Shown: positions 35,824 through 49,270 of the stretch, one piece after another
Layout of the letters: the number at the start of each line of letters is the position of its first letter
How positions within the stretch are numbered: the first letter of the stretch is position 1
Source of the DNA: Enoplolaimus lenunculus
Lineage: Eukaryota
Direction of reading: 5' to 3'
NCBI GenBank assembly: GCA_030248215.1
Contig: JASANG010003582.1
Location: forward strand, 434,001 to 498,000
Length of the DNA: 64,000 bases
Translations under genes and position numbers: made by a program
The notes under the pieces: model-generated
Told to the model about the DNA's origin: nothing
What the model saw: only the letters and a program-made list of their open reading frames with translations
Database searches by the model: none

Positions 35824-36614
35824 AATAACACAATATTTGCAGTGAAACGTGCCATTATGCATCCCACAATTGGCTTTTGCACACTTTTGCCTAAATAGGC
35901 TTAGGTTTAATAAACGAATTATTAAAGCTTCAATCTTTGCCCGGCTATTTCCAAGTCTAAGCCTTATAAGCGGAACAGTGTATAAGAACCAATTCTTTTT
36001 TTGGAAAAACAATTTATGTGTACTGCAAAAAGTGATTTTCTAAGATGTTGCTTTGGACAGTTTTCTAGTTTGCATTGATCCAGTCAATTTTCCATTCTTG
36101 ATATCTTTACCTACGGAGTTGTCTCGCGATGACCATAAAAATTTAAGTATAGTTAAAATGACTTGTTTGTAATGGAACTCGCCTCATTTGCATGTTTAAT
36201 ACAATTGAAGATCTGTTGCTAGGCTGTCATTAAGTCGAGTAAATTGCCCATGTTATAGATGGAGGCCTGCCGATTGGTAAACTGGATGATCGGTTAACTT
36301 AGAATCTGAAGGGATTAGGTTTAGGTTAAGGTTTAGGTTTGAGATTAGGATTAAATTTAAATTTGAGGAAAATTGATTTCTTCAGATTTTATGGTTGGTG
36401 CTGTTGGGGCCGAAACATTACGGAAAACTTCAACAATTTATGCAGCAGGCGAGCTACCTTGTGAAGGCCTGAGTCAGTCCAATTTTTGCAGTGCAAAATC
36501 AGTTGTCTGACCATAACTTTTTATAATAGCCAGTTGTCAGATCGCGAAAATATTTAGGCAGTTATACAACCATCCACAGTGCAGCTAATTTGAATGTTAT
36601 GAGCTGCAAATTTC

Positions 36615-36816
36615 GGTCAATATAAAGAACAGCGGCGGAGCAGTATGACAAGCATATTCCTAAGCCTAAGCCTAAGCCTAACCCTAAACCTAAGCGTAAG
36701 AATGAGCATATTCCTAAGCTTACGCCTAAGCCAAGCAAAAAAGTTAGTCTTACGCTTAAGCTTACTCTATTCTAGTCCCACAGAAAAACGTTCCGCCCCT
36801 GCTCTTTACATGGACC
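36615..36816 (+). mobile_element. Telomere-repeat-bearing MITE family C1
   Basis: TIRs and perfect TSD CAAATTTC. Confidence 0.9.
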
Positions 36817-37424
36817 CAAATTTCAAACAAATCAATGCTAGAAACATATCACATTTCATTGAGCGGATTGCATGTCGGCCTACATTTTGTAACGCGATAT
36901 CTATAGATGCTAAATTTATTGCCGTCCATTATGCTTAGGGTGCCGCATAGGCTTTGGTTTAGGGGGATATGTTTAGCCTTGGACTTTGCTTTAAGCTTCG
37001 TCAGCGGTAGGGACGGCGACAAATGGTCGTGCGAACAGTTGCCACAACTTCGCGAGAAATTGTGTTCTTCCATCGTACCCTAACTTTTCTAGCGGTGCGT
37101 TTATGATTTGTTTCAAACTCAAAATTAGTCGGCGTTCAATTCAATGTTTTACCACACCGAATACACTAAATACTGTACCAATTTCTCGATCGCCCGTGAG
37201 AAATTTCGCAACAATAATATATATTGGCACTTTCAGGAGTTTTTGTCGAAGAACTTCCAACACCGTTCAAGCAAAATCTTTGCAACACTGATTGTGCGAA
37301 AATCTGCCGGTTTATATATTTATTTTGATACATTTTAGAAATATTAAAAGCCCTAAAGGATCATAAGATGTTTTCTCACCCGTGCTAACATTCAGTTTTA
37401 TTTGGTATGAAATAAACACTATAG

Positions 37425-37588
37425 CGAACCCGTGTCCAAGTAGGGACAGGTGGGTTCAACCCCCCTGGAAAAATTTTGGCCCCCCTAGAAAATTTTCAAC
37501 CTTGCAAGTCATTAAAAACCTTTGAATGCCCTTCCTGAAAATTTTTTTAGCAACCCCCCCCCAGCAAGGTGAGCTGGCTACGGGACTG
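37425..37588 (+). mobile_element. hAT-like MITE family A
   Basis: TSD CACTATAG/TACTATAG. Confidence 0.82.
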
Positions 37589-38951
37589 TACTATAGGTAT
37601 ATTCGTGACCATGGATGCCACCAGAATATTGGGTTATGTGGCGTGTAAGGGTTGCGGTGTAAATTTTCTGTGCCGAACAACGCTGCACGTCACAAATCAA
37701 ACTCAATTTTCAATGTGTATCGATAGGCGGCGTTCAGCACTGTTGACACCGCGTGTTTTAATTGGACATTGTCGGGCGGCACAGCGCGCCGACGCTTAGC
37801 GGCGGCGGCGTGCTGCGCCGCTCGACCAATAGCGCAACATCAAGTGGCGTTCTCAGTGGTCGCTTATATTGTATTGTGAAAATTTTTTTATTTAAATTTT
37901 AAATATAAATTTTAAAAAATATCCGGCGATTTAAAATTTAGTTCGCAAACTTTGAAAGACAAAATTAAATGACACGAAAACATCATTTTGATGCAGAAAT
38001 ACAATTTGTTCGACAAATTCACTTGTCGGTTTGGGCAACACAAACGCATCATTGCGCATATTTATTGAACCATAGCAATTCAATTCACGGCTAGCAATAC
38101 CTTCCGTGGCTCACCCCTTGAGAACGTTGCAAACCCAATTTGTTATCAATAAAATTTCACCCAAGAATTCATTGCTTCATTGTGATCAACCAAGGGTTTG
38201 GTCTTCAGGGTACCACCAATTTGATTAATTCAGTTCGAATTATAACCAGCTTCAAGTTACTCTTTATCGCTGGGCGCGGTATATGCATGGTCGGTTTCAC
38301 ATTTATGCCGGTTCCAAGTTGACCAGAGCCAGAGTACTTTTCAGTGACAGATCCAGAAATTCCTATCGGTGGGGAATCTCAATATATAAAGCAAGGACTC
38401 ATGCCAGCGAAGCGAGCGAAAAGCCAAACATAATTAATTTCGCATAAAAGTAAAAAAAGTAAATATGAAAGAAAAAAATTTTGCCATTTAATTCTTAAAT
38501 ATTTTTTCCATGAGAGCTACTCATTCCACCGTCATTTCGGATCCGACCCTGAGTTACTTATTCCACCGTCAATTTGGATCCGACCCTGGCTCTACTCAAG
38601 GTTAATGTCCCGTCTATTGCTAAAGTGAACTGTTGGTAGTTCTGTTCGGCAAATACTGTAACTGTATGAAACCAACGTTTTGTACATGATAATTAAATTA
38701 ATTCTTGATCTTGTTTCTGGTCTTTCGAATATGCACCTAAAACACACCCAGGTCTGTTGGGCACAGAACCGCAAACGTAGGCGATAAGGGTGAGACACTA
38801 TCACGGTTAATACTTTGGACCCGTTCAAACGAGCAATTTATTGTACGACAGTAAAAGTATTTTTGTTATATTCTTTGAACTCTTGAAAAATTTTACCACC
38901 TGTTCCCGTGTGGACTGTAAATGGTTCGATTTGGGCATTATATGACGTTGA

Positions 38952-39103
38952 CGGACCCGTAGCCAAGGGGGGGCAGGGGGCCTGCAAAAATCCCCCACCC
39001 CTAGAAAATTTTCAACGTTGCTTGTAACTCATTGAAAACCCTTGAATGTCCTTCTTGAAAAATGTTTAGCCCCCTCTAGCAAGGTAAGCTGGTTACGGGC
39101 GTG
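38952..39103 (+). mobile_element. hAT-like MITE family A
   Basis: TSD GACGTTGA/GACGTCGA. Confidence 0.85.
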
Positions 39104-39279
39104 GACGTCGAGTGCAGTACTATGGTGACTGCTACTGGCTCGTGTTATTTTTCGCAACCAGGCGTATTGCATTATTCATGCCAGTGTTGGTAAATGAAAA
39201 ACCTTTAATTATTGTTTGTTTTCAGCCCATAATACTTGTCTCGCGATGGCTGAATTAATAATATGTAACACTGCCTTTA

Positions 39280-39440
39280 CGGGCCAGTAGCCAGGGCGGG
39301 CATATGGGGGCTCAGCCTCCCTTGGAAAAATTGTGAGCGCCATCGAAAATTTTCAACCTTGCTTGTAACTCAACGAAAACCGTTATATGACTCCCCTAAA
39401 AACTTTGAGCCCTCAGCAAAGTGAGCTCGCTACGGGCATG
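39280..39440 (+). mobile_element. hAT-like MITE family A
   Basis: TSD TGCCTTTA/TGCTTTTA. Confidence 0.85.
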
Positions 39441-41444
39441 TGCTTTTATTTAGATATTTTTAGTATATTTGCCCAAAATGTGGCTTATTTTTTGTTCGCT
39501 TAACACCGTTTGGTAGTTTATGACTAGCGATTAGATTCTTTTCGTTTCCACCGTTTCGTTTCAAGACATTTTGGCAAATTGTTGTAAAAAGGTTTCGGTA
39601 TGTTGGCGAAATATTGTTTTAGAAACGTTAAGTCTATGCCATATCTCTTGAAATAGATAGCTTTCAATTGGTTTTTACCATTATTTAGTATTAATTGTAT
39701 AATTTGATTTAATTAAGTATTTTTTGATAGATAGATTAGCAACTTTTTTTCAAAATTGATACATTGAACAGTTTAAGGTATAAATTTATGACACATAGTT
39801 ATGCTTCAAACAATTTACTATTTTTAGTATTTATAAATCTATGTTTAATCGAAAGAGCCAAGTGACGTGGTGGACAGGGTTTCAGATGGACATGTCACTT
39901 TCGGCGCCGTGTGCACTTGGAGGCGCGCAGCTGCAGATAATTCATTAAAAATCATACCTAGAAATTTAGTTCACATATGTGATTAACCATGCAAGTTCAC
40001 TGAATTTATTGCAGCCGCTTTCTCATTGGCAGATGAAAAAATGCAAGTTCTCGTGCAATTTGCAGCTGCAAGTTCTCGCAGCAAAAACTTGCGCGTGGAA
40101 ATAGGGCTTTACAAATATTATCACTAATTTCAAAACGTTCTACTCCCTAATTTACGCCTCACAGTCTAGGTTTTCGTATTTGCTAGCGAAAGTGTTAGGC
40201 GAATGACAGTCAGAATAAGGGCGTAGCTCAGGCTTAGTCGCGTGTACATTTTTTGCGACTGCTTGAAGATTAAAAGTTGATTTGCGCGCTAGTATAGCGC
40301 GTATGCAGCTAATCAGTTGCACATTTTGTTGCTTAGATATATAGGTATCGGGCTGCAACACGCTATAAAGCAGACATATGGCAAACCAGGTACCGTTTCG
40401 TTCACTGGGTTAAAACAAAACTAAAATTTTGTATAAAATTTAGTGTAGACCTACTGATACAATTATATTTGGTTTCCCGCATGCTTCGATTGCGAGTGCT
40501 TTGACTTTATGTACAAATTTTGCAACCCGCGTGCGTCACAAGTATTCTTTCTCGCCACTGAGAACTTGTGTACTGTATGATGTGCGTGAACAATACAGTT
40601 GGTCCCCACAGCAAATCTATACCCATCAAAACTAGCGGATCCACACGGGGGCGTACGCCCACGTCATAATTTTTTGTGATAAAATGATAAAGTATAAAGT
40701 CCGCACTGTTCTTTCCTAAGAATTTTTTTACGTCTCATAGTATTTGTCAGCCTCTCATCCGTCACAATTTTTGGATGCGTTTCTGCCCAGCACGCCACTT
40801 AAAGGGGTGGATACTTTGAAACAACTCAGAATGGTGAAGAAGAAACAATATTCTATGGGAGAAGTTTACCAAAGTAACCTACAGGCTACAGAATTCAAGT
40901 GTTTCCCTATGTTCGGCCGATTGACCAATCACAACTTTCCAATAGTGTTGACTTTGGTGAAAGAGGTTATCCTATTGGCTGGTTTTGACCAATAGCTTCT
41001 CTTCTTTTGTAACTGGTGCCGAGTTTATTCTCGTGTAAGAGACTGGTTTTGTAATTGTAAGCTAAAACAGCAAATCAACTATATCTTCGTACTATAGCTA
41101 TTTCTCTTGCAATGCAAACGATTTAACCAAGAAGGATGAATACCAAACATGCGTTATCATAAAACACTGATTCGCCTATTAGGACGGTTTAGGTTTTGTC
41201 TAATGTGACGTCATTTTTGGCTAACAGTCTGTCTTACAATTTTTACTGGATTTTTGCCAAAAATATACGATTTGGGTTTTAGCACCGTTTGTAAACAAAG
41301 CCTAACAATTTATAGAATTGGCCTCTTTGGCGCTGCCTGAGGACACATCCTGAAATTTTGCATTATGTCAAGTTTTAATGCAAGTTTTAGTAAAATTTTC
41401 CAAAATTATATTGTTTCTTTTTAGGAAAACATTTTTTCACGCAG

Positions 41445-41842
41445 AATTTTTTTGTGATAAAATGGTAAAGGTGCCTACCTTACAATTTTTCGACCCCAGA
41501 TAATTTTGTGATAATAAAATGATAAGGTCCCAACCGTACAAATTTTGCGTTTCGTAACATTTGCCAACCCGCCCGCCCCGTCAAAAATTTTTCGATCCGC
41601 CTCTGATTGAGTATGCATTGAAGTTTTGAAACAATTTCATAAGTTGGGCATTTTAGTATTTATGTAACGTTACTTCTCAAACTTTAGTATTATGTCTTGT
41701 CTATAATACAGCGGCGGATTCAAAAATTTTTGACGAAGGTGCGGGCTGGCAAAAGTTATGAAGCGCAACGTTTACTGTACGCTAATAAAAGTTGTAAGGT
41801 AAGGTGTAGGGACTTTACCATTTTATCACAAAATTTTTTTGA
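41445..41842. repeat. Two oppositely oriented family D repeat copies (~41445-41605 minus, ~41709-41842 plus)
   Basis: CAGCGGCGGATTCAAAAATTTTTGACG...TTTATCACAAAATTTTT and its reverse complement; relatives at ~1530-1855 and ~40635-40780. Confidence 0.6.
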
Positions 41843-42841
41843 CGATGATAAATTTCCGTTGTTTCTGATTATAAACACACAGCTGCAAAATTATTTGGAT
41901 ACCTCAGTATTATTAATATAGTACGCTCGAATGCATTCGAAATTTTTTGACCAAAATTACCTGCAATCTGTATTGTTTTACAGCTGAAAATGTTGTTTTG
42001 ATATATATGCATGAGTTTTTTATATATTAGCCCCGCTTTCAAGCAATAAGAAGAAGAATTTCTGCTAATTTAGTTGTTAGCCTTCTAAATTTGCTAAATT
42101 TTAACATAAGCGAGATATTATTATTTGCAGTCTGTTTGATTATTTTTACCTGTGATTCTTTTTACAAACTGAGCATATATTTTGCTGTTTGATGTTTGTT
42201 TCAACATTTAGAAAGTTTTCAACCTTGCTTGTAAGTCATTGAAAACCGTTGTATTATCATCATGACGAATATTTAGTCTCCCCCTTAGCAAATTGATCTG
42301 GCCACGGTCCTGGACGGAGTGCAAGTTTCGTATCGTTTTTATAGTGTGTGCATTTATATTTGCGAGTGACAGCGCCACATCGCAACCCGGACATGCTAGG
42401 CAGTAACAAGGTTTCTTACGGCGGCAAAATGTTTTGTAACATAAATTTCTTCCCTCAAGTCAAAAAAGATAGACAAACTGGGCCTTTACCGTTTTTTCCA
42501 ATCAGTATTTGCCTGAAAATGGTCGGATTACAATTTTCTTTGCATTATGAGTGTAACCTGTTGGGTTTAAAGGTGTAGTACCATGCGACCTTAAAGGATT
42601 GAATTTTTCAAAAAGTTAAATTTCGGCGTGGAACGGTCACGAGAGAATATGATTAAGATCAGATAAGTAAAAATTTCGAAATTCAACAATTTTGGGCAAA
42701 CGCCATCTGGAGGGATGACGAAAAAGATCCGAGAAGCCGTCATGTCAGCACGAAGCAGCAACCCACCTTCCTCGCACCCTTCAGTAAATGCGGTACTGGT
42801 AAACGAGCTTATTTTCATTTGCCACATTCTATGGCCAATTT

Positions 42842-43037
42842 GGCCCATGTTACTTTAAGGGGCGTCCAGGTTTCTGGTGAGTCCATAAAAGAGTAGGTTT
42901 AGATTCTATATTACATTTTTTGTTTAGGCTTAGGCTTAGGCTTTGGCTTAGGAACGCGTTTTTTCAACGCTTACGCTTAGGCTTAGGCTTAGGAATACGC
43001 TTAATCTACTGTTACGCCCCTTAAAGTAACATTGGTC
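42842..43037 (-). mobile_element. Telomere-repeat-bearing MITE family C2
   Basis: 24-bp TIR GGCCCATGTTACTTTAAGGGGCGT (22/24 match), perfect TSD GCCAATTT. Confidence 0.9.
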
Positions 43038-44155
43038 GCCAATTTAACGTGCTTCTAAACACTAGGTATTTAGAAACTAAATGCGTCACACTTACTATGT
43101 CCGATCGATCATTTTAGGTAAAGGGGGTTATTTGCGAAACGTGACTTTATTCGGAGTAGGAAACAAATTAGAATTGCTGTCGTGTTTTTTGATCTGTTAC
43201 TTGTTACATTACATTTTATGCTTTGTTAGGGGGCTCGCTGGGCCGTTTAAACCTCCCAATAATATTGCATATAACTTTTGTTCCTGTAAAAATATTTTTT
43301 GCAATATTTTTTATCGTATAGCAGCAAAAATGCGTCTGGCTTCTAGTTCGCTTCACTGGTAATATTTTTCGCTTTGAAAAATTGACTTTTTTTGACTAAA
43401 GTCAGAGAAGGATCATTCCAAAAATACACTGTCACAGAAACAGCCGTGGCGATTGCCCTGCACCGGCGACGGATGCTACGGCTATCAGGACTATAATAAT
43501 GTCCCAATCCGGGTAAAGCGAATAATTTTGGTTATTGACCTAAAAGCATTTCGTACAACGCATATTTCATGAGACTTCTACAATATTTTTTACAAGAATT
43601 ACGCCCCTGACTGCATACAGTTGGTTTACGGTTGCATTGTGGATCTTGTAGCTGGATAACCTTTTTGATAGGTTGTACTTGACGCACTAGCACCTTGTTT
43701 AAGATGCAATTTGCAGTCGACGCGTAACGAATTGTAACGCCGCATTAGCAATTTGCTGCACAAGTTGGCATGGGCTATAAATTTACTAGATTTGTGAAAC
43801 CTGAAAAATTTTTGCTGCAAAAATTTAGCAATTTTTTTCGCAGTTATCGTATCTCAACAGATATCCATGAATCATCTGAATGGACAAAATTTTGTTTCAA
43901 ACATTAAAGATTATATGCTCGTCCGATTCTGGTGAAATATTTAAAGGGGCTTTGCAAATATGCAAGAAACCAAACGGCGACTTTTTTGCTAATCTAAAGA
44001 TTTTCCGAGGGTCACTTGGTTGAAATTGTGCCTAGTAAATAATTGCGTCACTATTGGGAATTTTAAGAGTCAAACACGATTTCGTTCCGTTGGTCAACGC
44101 GTTTTAGAAACATTTTCAGTTGGTAATGCAACAAACTTCAACCTTCCAGAAAATT

Positions 44156-44295
44156 GGCCCATGCAAAGACCAGGGGCGGAACTTTAAGCTTTAGGCTAGT
44201 TTTTTACTTGGCTTTTAGGCGTAGGCTTAGGCTTAAGCTTAGGCTTAGGAGAATATGCTTATAATACATTTCCGTCCCTGTTCTTTACATTGGCC
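44156..44295 (-). mobile_element. Telomere-repeat-bearing MITE family C1 (short)
   Basis: TIRs, TSD AGAAAATT/AGAATATG. Confidence 0.85.
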
Positions 44296-44851
44296 AGAAT
44301 ATGTATAGAACGTAACCTTCGTTTGCGGAATGTTTACCACGCCAAATGCTAGTAGTCACTCCGATGTGAGCTGTCAAGATATGTTGACCTTAATGTTCCG
44401 CACAGTTATTTGTATATTAACGTTATTTTAACGTTTTTTGTCTTTAAACCAGAAAAAATTAGCGATAGCTTATTTAGAGTTGGTTGTTGAGGTTGAAAAT
44501 TGTAGTTTTCACCCATCACCAATACGGCAACAACGAAATAACGCTACTAAGAGGAAAATCGACCATGAAAGCTTGTATCGAATTAGAGATGTGGTTCATC
44601 ATTATGATCTTCCCGTTTGACCAATGCTTAACGAAAAAACTCGAATAATTAAAAACCGTATTCAGCTATAAAGTTGGGATTTTAACCCCTTCATCTCTTA
44701 ATTCCACTGCAAACGTTGAAAAATTACTAATTCGACATTGAATATTAAATAGCAGATGTTATATTAAAGCGCATTTTTAATAGTATATTTACATTATAAA
44801 ATGCAAGTCGTTTATGTTTACTGTGTTAAATTATACTCAGTGAGTAAAGTA

Positions 44852-45351
44852 CAGTAGTTGAAAACATGGTTTAACCTCCCACCCCTGACGAGGGGTTTTG
44901 AGGGATTCGGACCCGACAACCACATGTCGGAGGGGGTAAAATCAACATTTTTTATAAAACATCATGTGATTAATTACCTCGTAATTAATTACCCCGAATC
45001 CCTCAAAACCTCTCATAAGGGGGAAGGGGGTAAAACCCCTGTTTTTCATCTATTAAGCACACATTTAGGAGTAACATCGTCAAAAAGTTTTTTTGCGAGC
45101 GAGCTAAACACTTATTTGACCAATTCAGATTGGTTAACAGCCTAAAATGTGTCTTTTTCTTGCTTTTTTTGGTCAAATTTGGTGTGAGATATACTAGGAT
45201 GCATGTCACGTCGATCTTGTAAACTGTGTCCGCAAAGTTGGTCCGTTTGACAAGGACACCCGATTGGGTACGAGGAATATGCCCAAGATGGTTTCAAAGC
45301 CTTTCCAAGGATTTCAAGATACTCAGGGTAGTAATTGTTGCGCAACTACTG
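44852..45351. mobile_element. Possible Tc1/mariner-like non-autonomous element
   Basis: TA|CAGTAGTTG ... CAACTACTG|TA; only a short TIR is evident. Confidence 0.5.
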
Positions 45352-45848
45352 TAGAATATGTTGCTGCTAGCGGGTTGTAAGTGTTTTTGAAAACGTGAAT
45401 TTTGCCACTAATAAGCATAATTTTCAGTGCAGTACAACTGAAGGTAAGTCATCTTGTCACTTGTAATATTTTATAAACCTCGTAGGGATTTCAAGTTTAT
45501 CGCTAAGCTTAATGGTAGAAGCATAACCTTCTCTTGTTCGACTGTTAGCTAAAGGGTAAAACAGTCTATTTCTCTTGTACACTTTCACCATTTTTGCCCT
45601 TAAGCTTCGAGTGGGAAGAGGCTTTCATTTGTTTAAGCATAAACCTATGCCTAATCCTTTGCCTAAGCCTTAGCCTGCCTTCCTTTGCCTAAGGCTTAGC
45701 CTGTCTTCCTTTGCCCAAGGCTTAGCCTGTCTGACTTCCAACTTATGGTCAAACAATTGAGGACACTTTTCCTCATACTTACGCGTTCGCTTAGGCTTAT
45801 AGAACAAAGCTAACGTTTCCCGTAGCATTACCAAACGCCTAAGCGTTT

Positions 45849-46125
45849 GCCTAAGACTTTGCCTGAACCTAAACCTTAATCTTAAATCTAGCGAAAGTGT
45901 GACAACAGTACAAGAACCCAATTGTGGATACCAACCAGAAAAATGTTCTAAATATGTTACCTGTAACGTTACGACGAAAGTTTTTGATGCCTAACATTTT
46001 GCCTGAACCTAAACCTTAATCTTAAGTCTAGCGAAACTGTGACAACAGTACAAGAACTCAATTGTGGATACCAACCAGAAAAATGTTCTAAATATGTGTG
46101 CCTGTAACGTTACGCGACGAAAGTT
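45849..46125. repeat. 140-bp direct tandem duplication next to degenerate telomere-like repeats
   Basis: GCCTGAACCTAAACCTTAATC... occurs at 45861 and 46001, near-identical through GACGAAAGTTT. Confidence 0.9.
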
Positions 46126-47362
46126 TCGGTTCATTATTTTGTCTCCAATCGTTCGGATTATGCCCCCCCCAATTGTTCAATTTTATTATTATGCGGCATT
46201 TTCTCATGAGCTATTTTTGTTTCTCATTGTTCAGAGCGTTTTGTTGCTGGGCGTTGTTGTCTTCGATAGCATTTTTTTCCTCTACAACTACTTCAATTAT
46301 TTTTGGTGTATATATAAGTCGTGTTTCTTTAAAAAAGAGCTTATGTCGCTCTTGTATGCATGATTGGCCGTTTGTCCGGCGTGTTTTCGATTAATATCGA
46401 GCAGATATACGGTACGTTCCTTTCGGAATGTTTGAGGATATTAGACTGTTAACGGTAGTATGCGGAAGCGGCGGATCCAGAGCGGATACTGAGGATATAT
46501 TCGCAAGCAAAATCTGTCGTGCTGAAAACTTTGCGATGAAAATAATTCCGCTGTAGGTGGTAGTGATGTTTTTCTAGCGAAATATATATGAAACATATGG
46601 CATAGTTACAATATGAATATAAATGTTTTGTGCCTTCCGTGCAATTAATCTTAAATTATAGTGCAATTTGCTAATAAACAAGCTTTAGAACTAAAATTTC
46701 ACACCACGAAAGGTATCCTACCTACCGATAATTTCCATATTCGTTGTTGGTATGCTGTTTTGAGAGTTGGACGAAGTCTTCCTTGAAAATTTTTGTAACA
46801 CACAGTAACCATATATACTTCTTCAAATCCCTGGCTACAACCTTAGCCCGAAGAATGGTGTTATAGCACTTCATTTACAGTTATAGAAAATTTCATGTTA
46901 CCAATTTCAATACGTCGTAATGATAAAACCAGAACAATTACGGTGACCCTATACTTTTTGACCCTTTTTGCCGTCCGGTGACGTCCAGCGCTGTCCGCTA
47001 CCGAATGGCAACTTATGAGAGTTGCGGCGTTGCACAGCATAAGAATTTTTAGACAAACTTTTTTGGCGTGCGGTGATGGACAGCGCCAAAAACCACAAGT
47101 ATAGCACCACCCTAAGTCCCTTTATCCACGGTATAATTCTCATTGCTGGGAGCTTAATAAATAAACCAACGCAAAGCATATTTATGCTAGTGGTTTATAA
47201 TTAAAACAATAGTAAAGTATAATTAATGCTAGTACGACCACGTGTTGGTTCATAATATCCATTATTGGATTACTAATATTTTATATGTTTGCAGAGGTAA
47301 TATGAATAGTATTCGGGTTAGGCAGGACGTCATACTACGTGTCCCTACAACATTACAATTAG

Positions 47363-47548
47363 CAGGGTCGGAGCAGCCATCTACCATACCTCCCCATTTG
47401 AGGGCCCCATAATGGGGCCGTCCCACCATAAACCGGTTGAAACAAAAACCGCTTAAGTTTTAAAATGCGTCTGGCTTTTCGCTCGCGAGTTTGGGGACCC
47501 CACCCTGGAATTTGGGGGGATACCCCACCTCTGCCTGCTCCGGCACTG
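47363..47548 (-). mobile_element. hAT-like MITE family L
   Basis: TIR CAGGGTCGGAGCAG / CTGCTCCGGCACTG, TSD ACAATTAG/ATAATTAG; opposite-orientation copy at 60127. Confidence 0.82.
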
Positions 47549-49104
47549 ATAATTAGCCTTAACTCGAAAGATTATAGTTGAACTTTTCAGAAATTTCAGT
47601 CTTGGTTACTGTTTGAAAAACAGTTAAAATCTTATGGTTAAAAAGCATCGGCGAACGTAAATTTTCAAGACTTAGCTAGGGTGCTTAACCATGAAATCGT
47701 TGATAATCGGTCACATAACCAAAGGCAACTTCGCGTGTTCGTTGCTTCACTGCGGTCATCGAAGCCTGAATAAAATGTATTGCGGCCTCCAAGCTATTCA
47801 TTACGTTTCTATATGCCGAACCGAGGCGTATTGGTGTTCACTGAGAGTCCTAATCTGCAAAATGGGGCCTCGTTGTAATGTATCAACCATGGGTGCAGTA
47901 TCTTATTCATAAATAATGGCATGAGAAAACTGTCGAGGGTAGCGAGTGAGAAGCGAAATAAACGCGAGCAACGCAATGCTCAAACTTGAACTGCGCGAAA
48001 TTTTTTTAAATCTCATGGTCCTTCGGATTTGCCGGGGTACCTAGGTACACGTGTCCTCCCTAGGGGGGTAGGCGCGCTAGTCGTAACCCTGTAGTTCGCA
48101 GAGTTCCTATAGAAAAACTTCAATTCTTAGTCGTACTCCTACAGATTCGACGTTTTATGTTGTCTGAAGGTTTTAATATGGTCAGAACTTATACGAACTT
48201 TCTGCGAATTTGACACAACTCTTTTACTGAGTTACTTGATGTGAGGACCCTAAAGGGGCAAGACTGACTTACTTGGTGTGAGGACCCTATAGGAGCAAGG
48301 CCCCCTGTTGGGCGTAAATGAGATGCTAACCTCGGCACTGATATACCATTTATTTAAAAATGCCACAATTGTCAAATCTGATTATCATAATTTTTTCCTA
48401 CATATACAACCAAAATTAATATTTGTAACGGTTAATCTGCGCAGCAATAGATAAACACAAACTCACTTGAATATTTTAACAGGCTGAAATTGGAATTCAA
48501 ACAGCAATTTAAAATTGATACAGGCCAAAACCTATACAGATCATTAACCTAAAATTTATTCTAAAAGCAACGTTATCAGTTTAGTATCATCAGTCAGTTG
48601 GAACACTAACATGCGCGTAGTAAAATGCTTGCACCGCGTGTGTATTGTTTGTGTACCATGCAGCGCATTTCGCGTGTATTGTTCAGCTTGCAAAATAGCC
48701 AGCAATACTATTATTTAGTAGCGTTTTGAATTTTCGGCTAATTTTCACAATTTATCCCTAAGGGCAATACAAACTCGTTATCGAATAATCATTTTAAAGC
48801 ATGTGCTAAACCAACGTATAATGGTCGTTTTGTACATTTGAATGACTCGAGTCACAAGCTTGGATTAGCTTTAGCTTTGGTTAACCTGAATAATGTAAGC
48901 TTACACTTTTGATACTTGGATGCCGCACGATATATATCATAAATATTGCAAAATGCTCCTGAGCGAAACGAACCAGAAACTCAGTACAATTTTAGTACTA
49001 AATCTTTACTGTAAAATATTAGATTTGATTCCTGTGGAAAGTGGCTTGTTTTGAAATGGTTTCCACTTCAACAATGTTATAATACCGAAACGTGTTCATC
49101 GTAA

Positions 49105-49270
49105 CGGGCCCGTAGCCAAGGGGCGGCCAGGGGGGATCCGCCCCCTTGCAAAAAATTTGCCCCCCCCCCTAGAAAATTTTCAACCTTGCTTGTAACTCAT
49201 TAACAACCTTTAAATGCCCCTCTTGAACATTTTTAGCAGCCTCTAGCAAGGTGAGCTGGCTACGGGACTG
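49105..49270 (+). mobile_element. hAT-like MITE family A
   Basis: TIRs, TSD CATCGTAA/TATCGTAA. Confidence 0.88.

Noticed and set aside
46064..46440. Hydrophobic + strand ORFs or a minus-strand coding-like tract
   Set aside because: No recognisable motif or splice context; the minus frame is interrupted by stops, and the ORF start lies in a tandem duplication.
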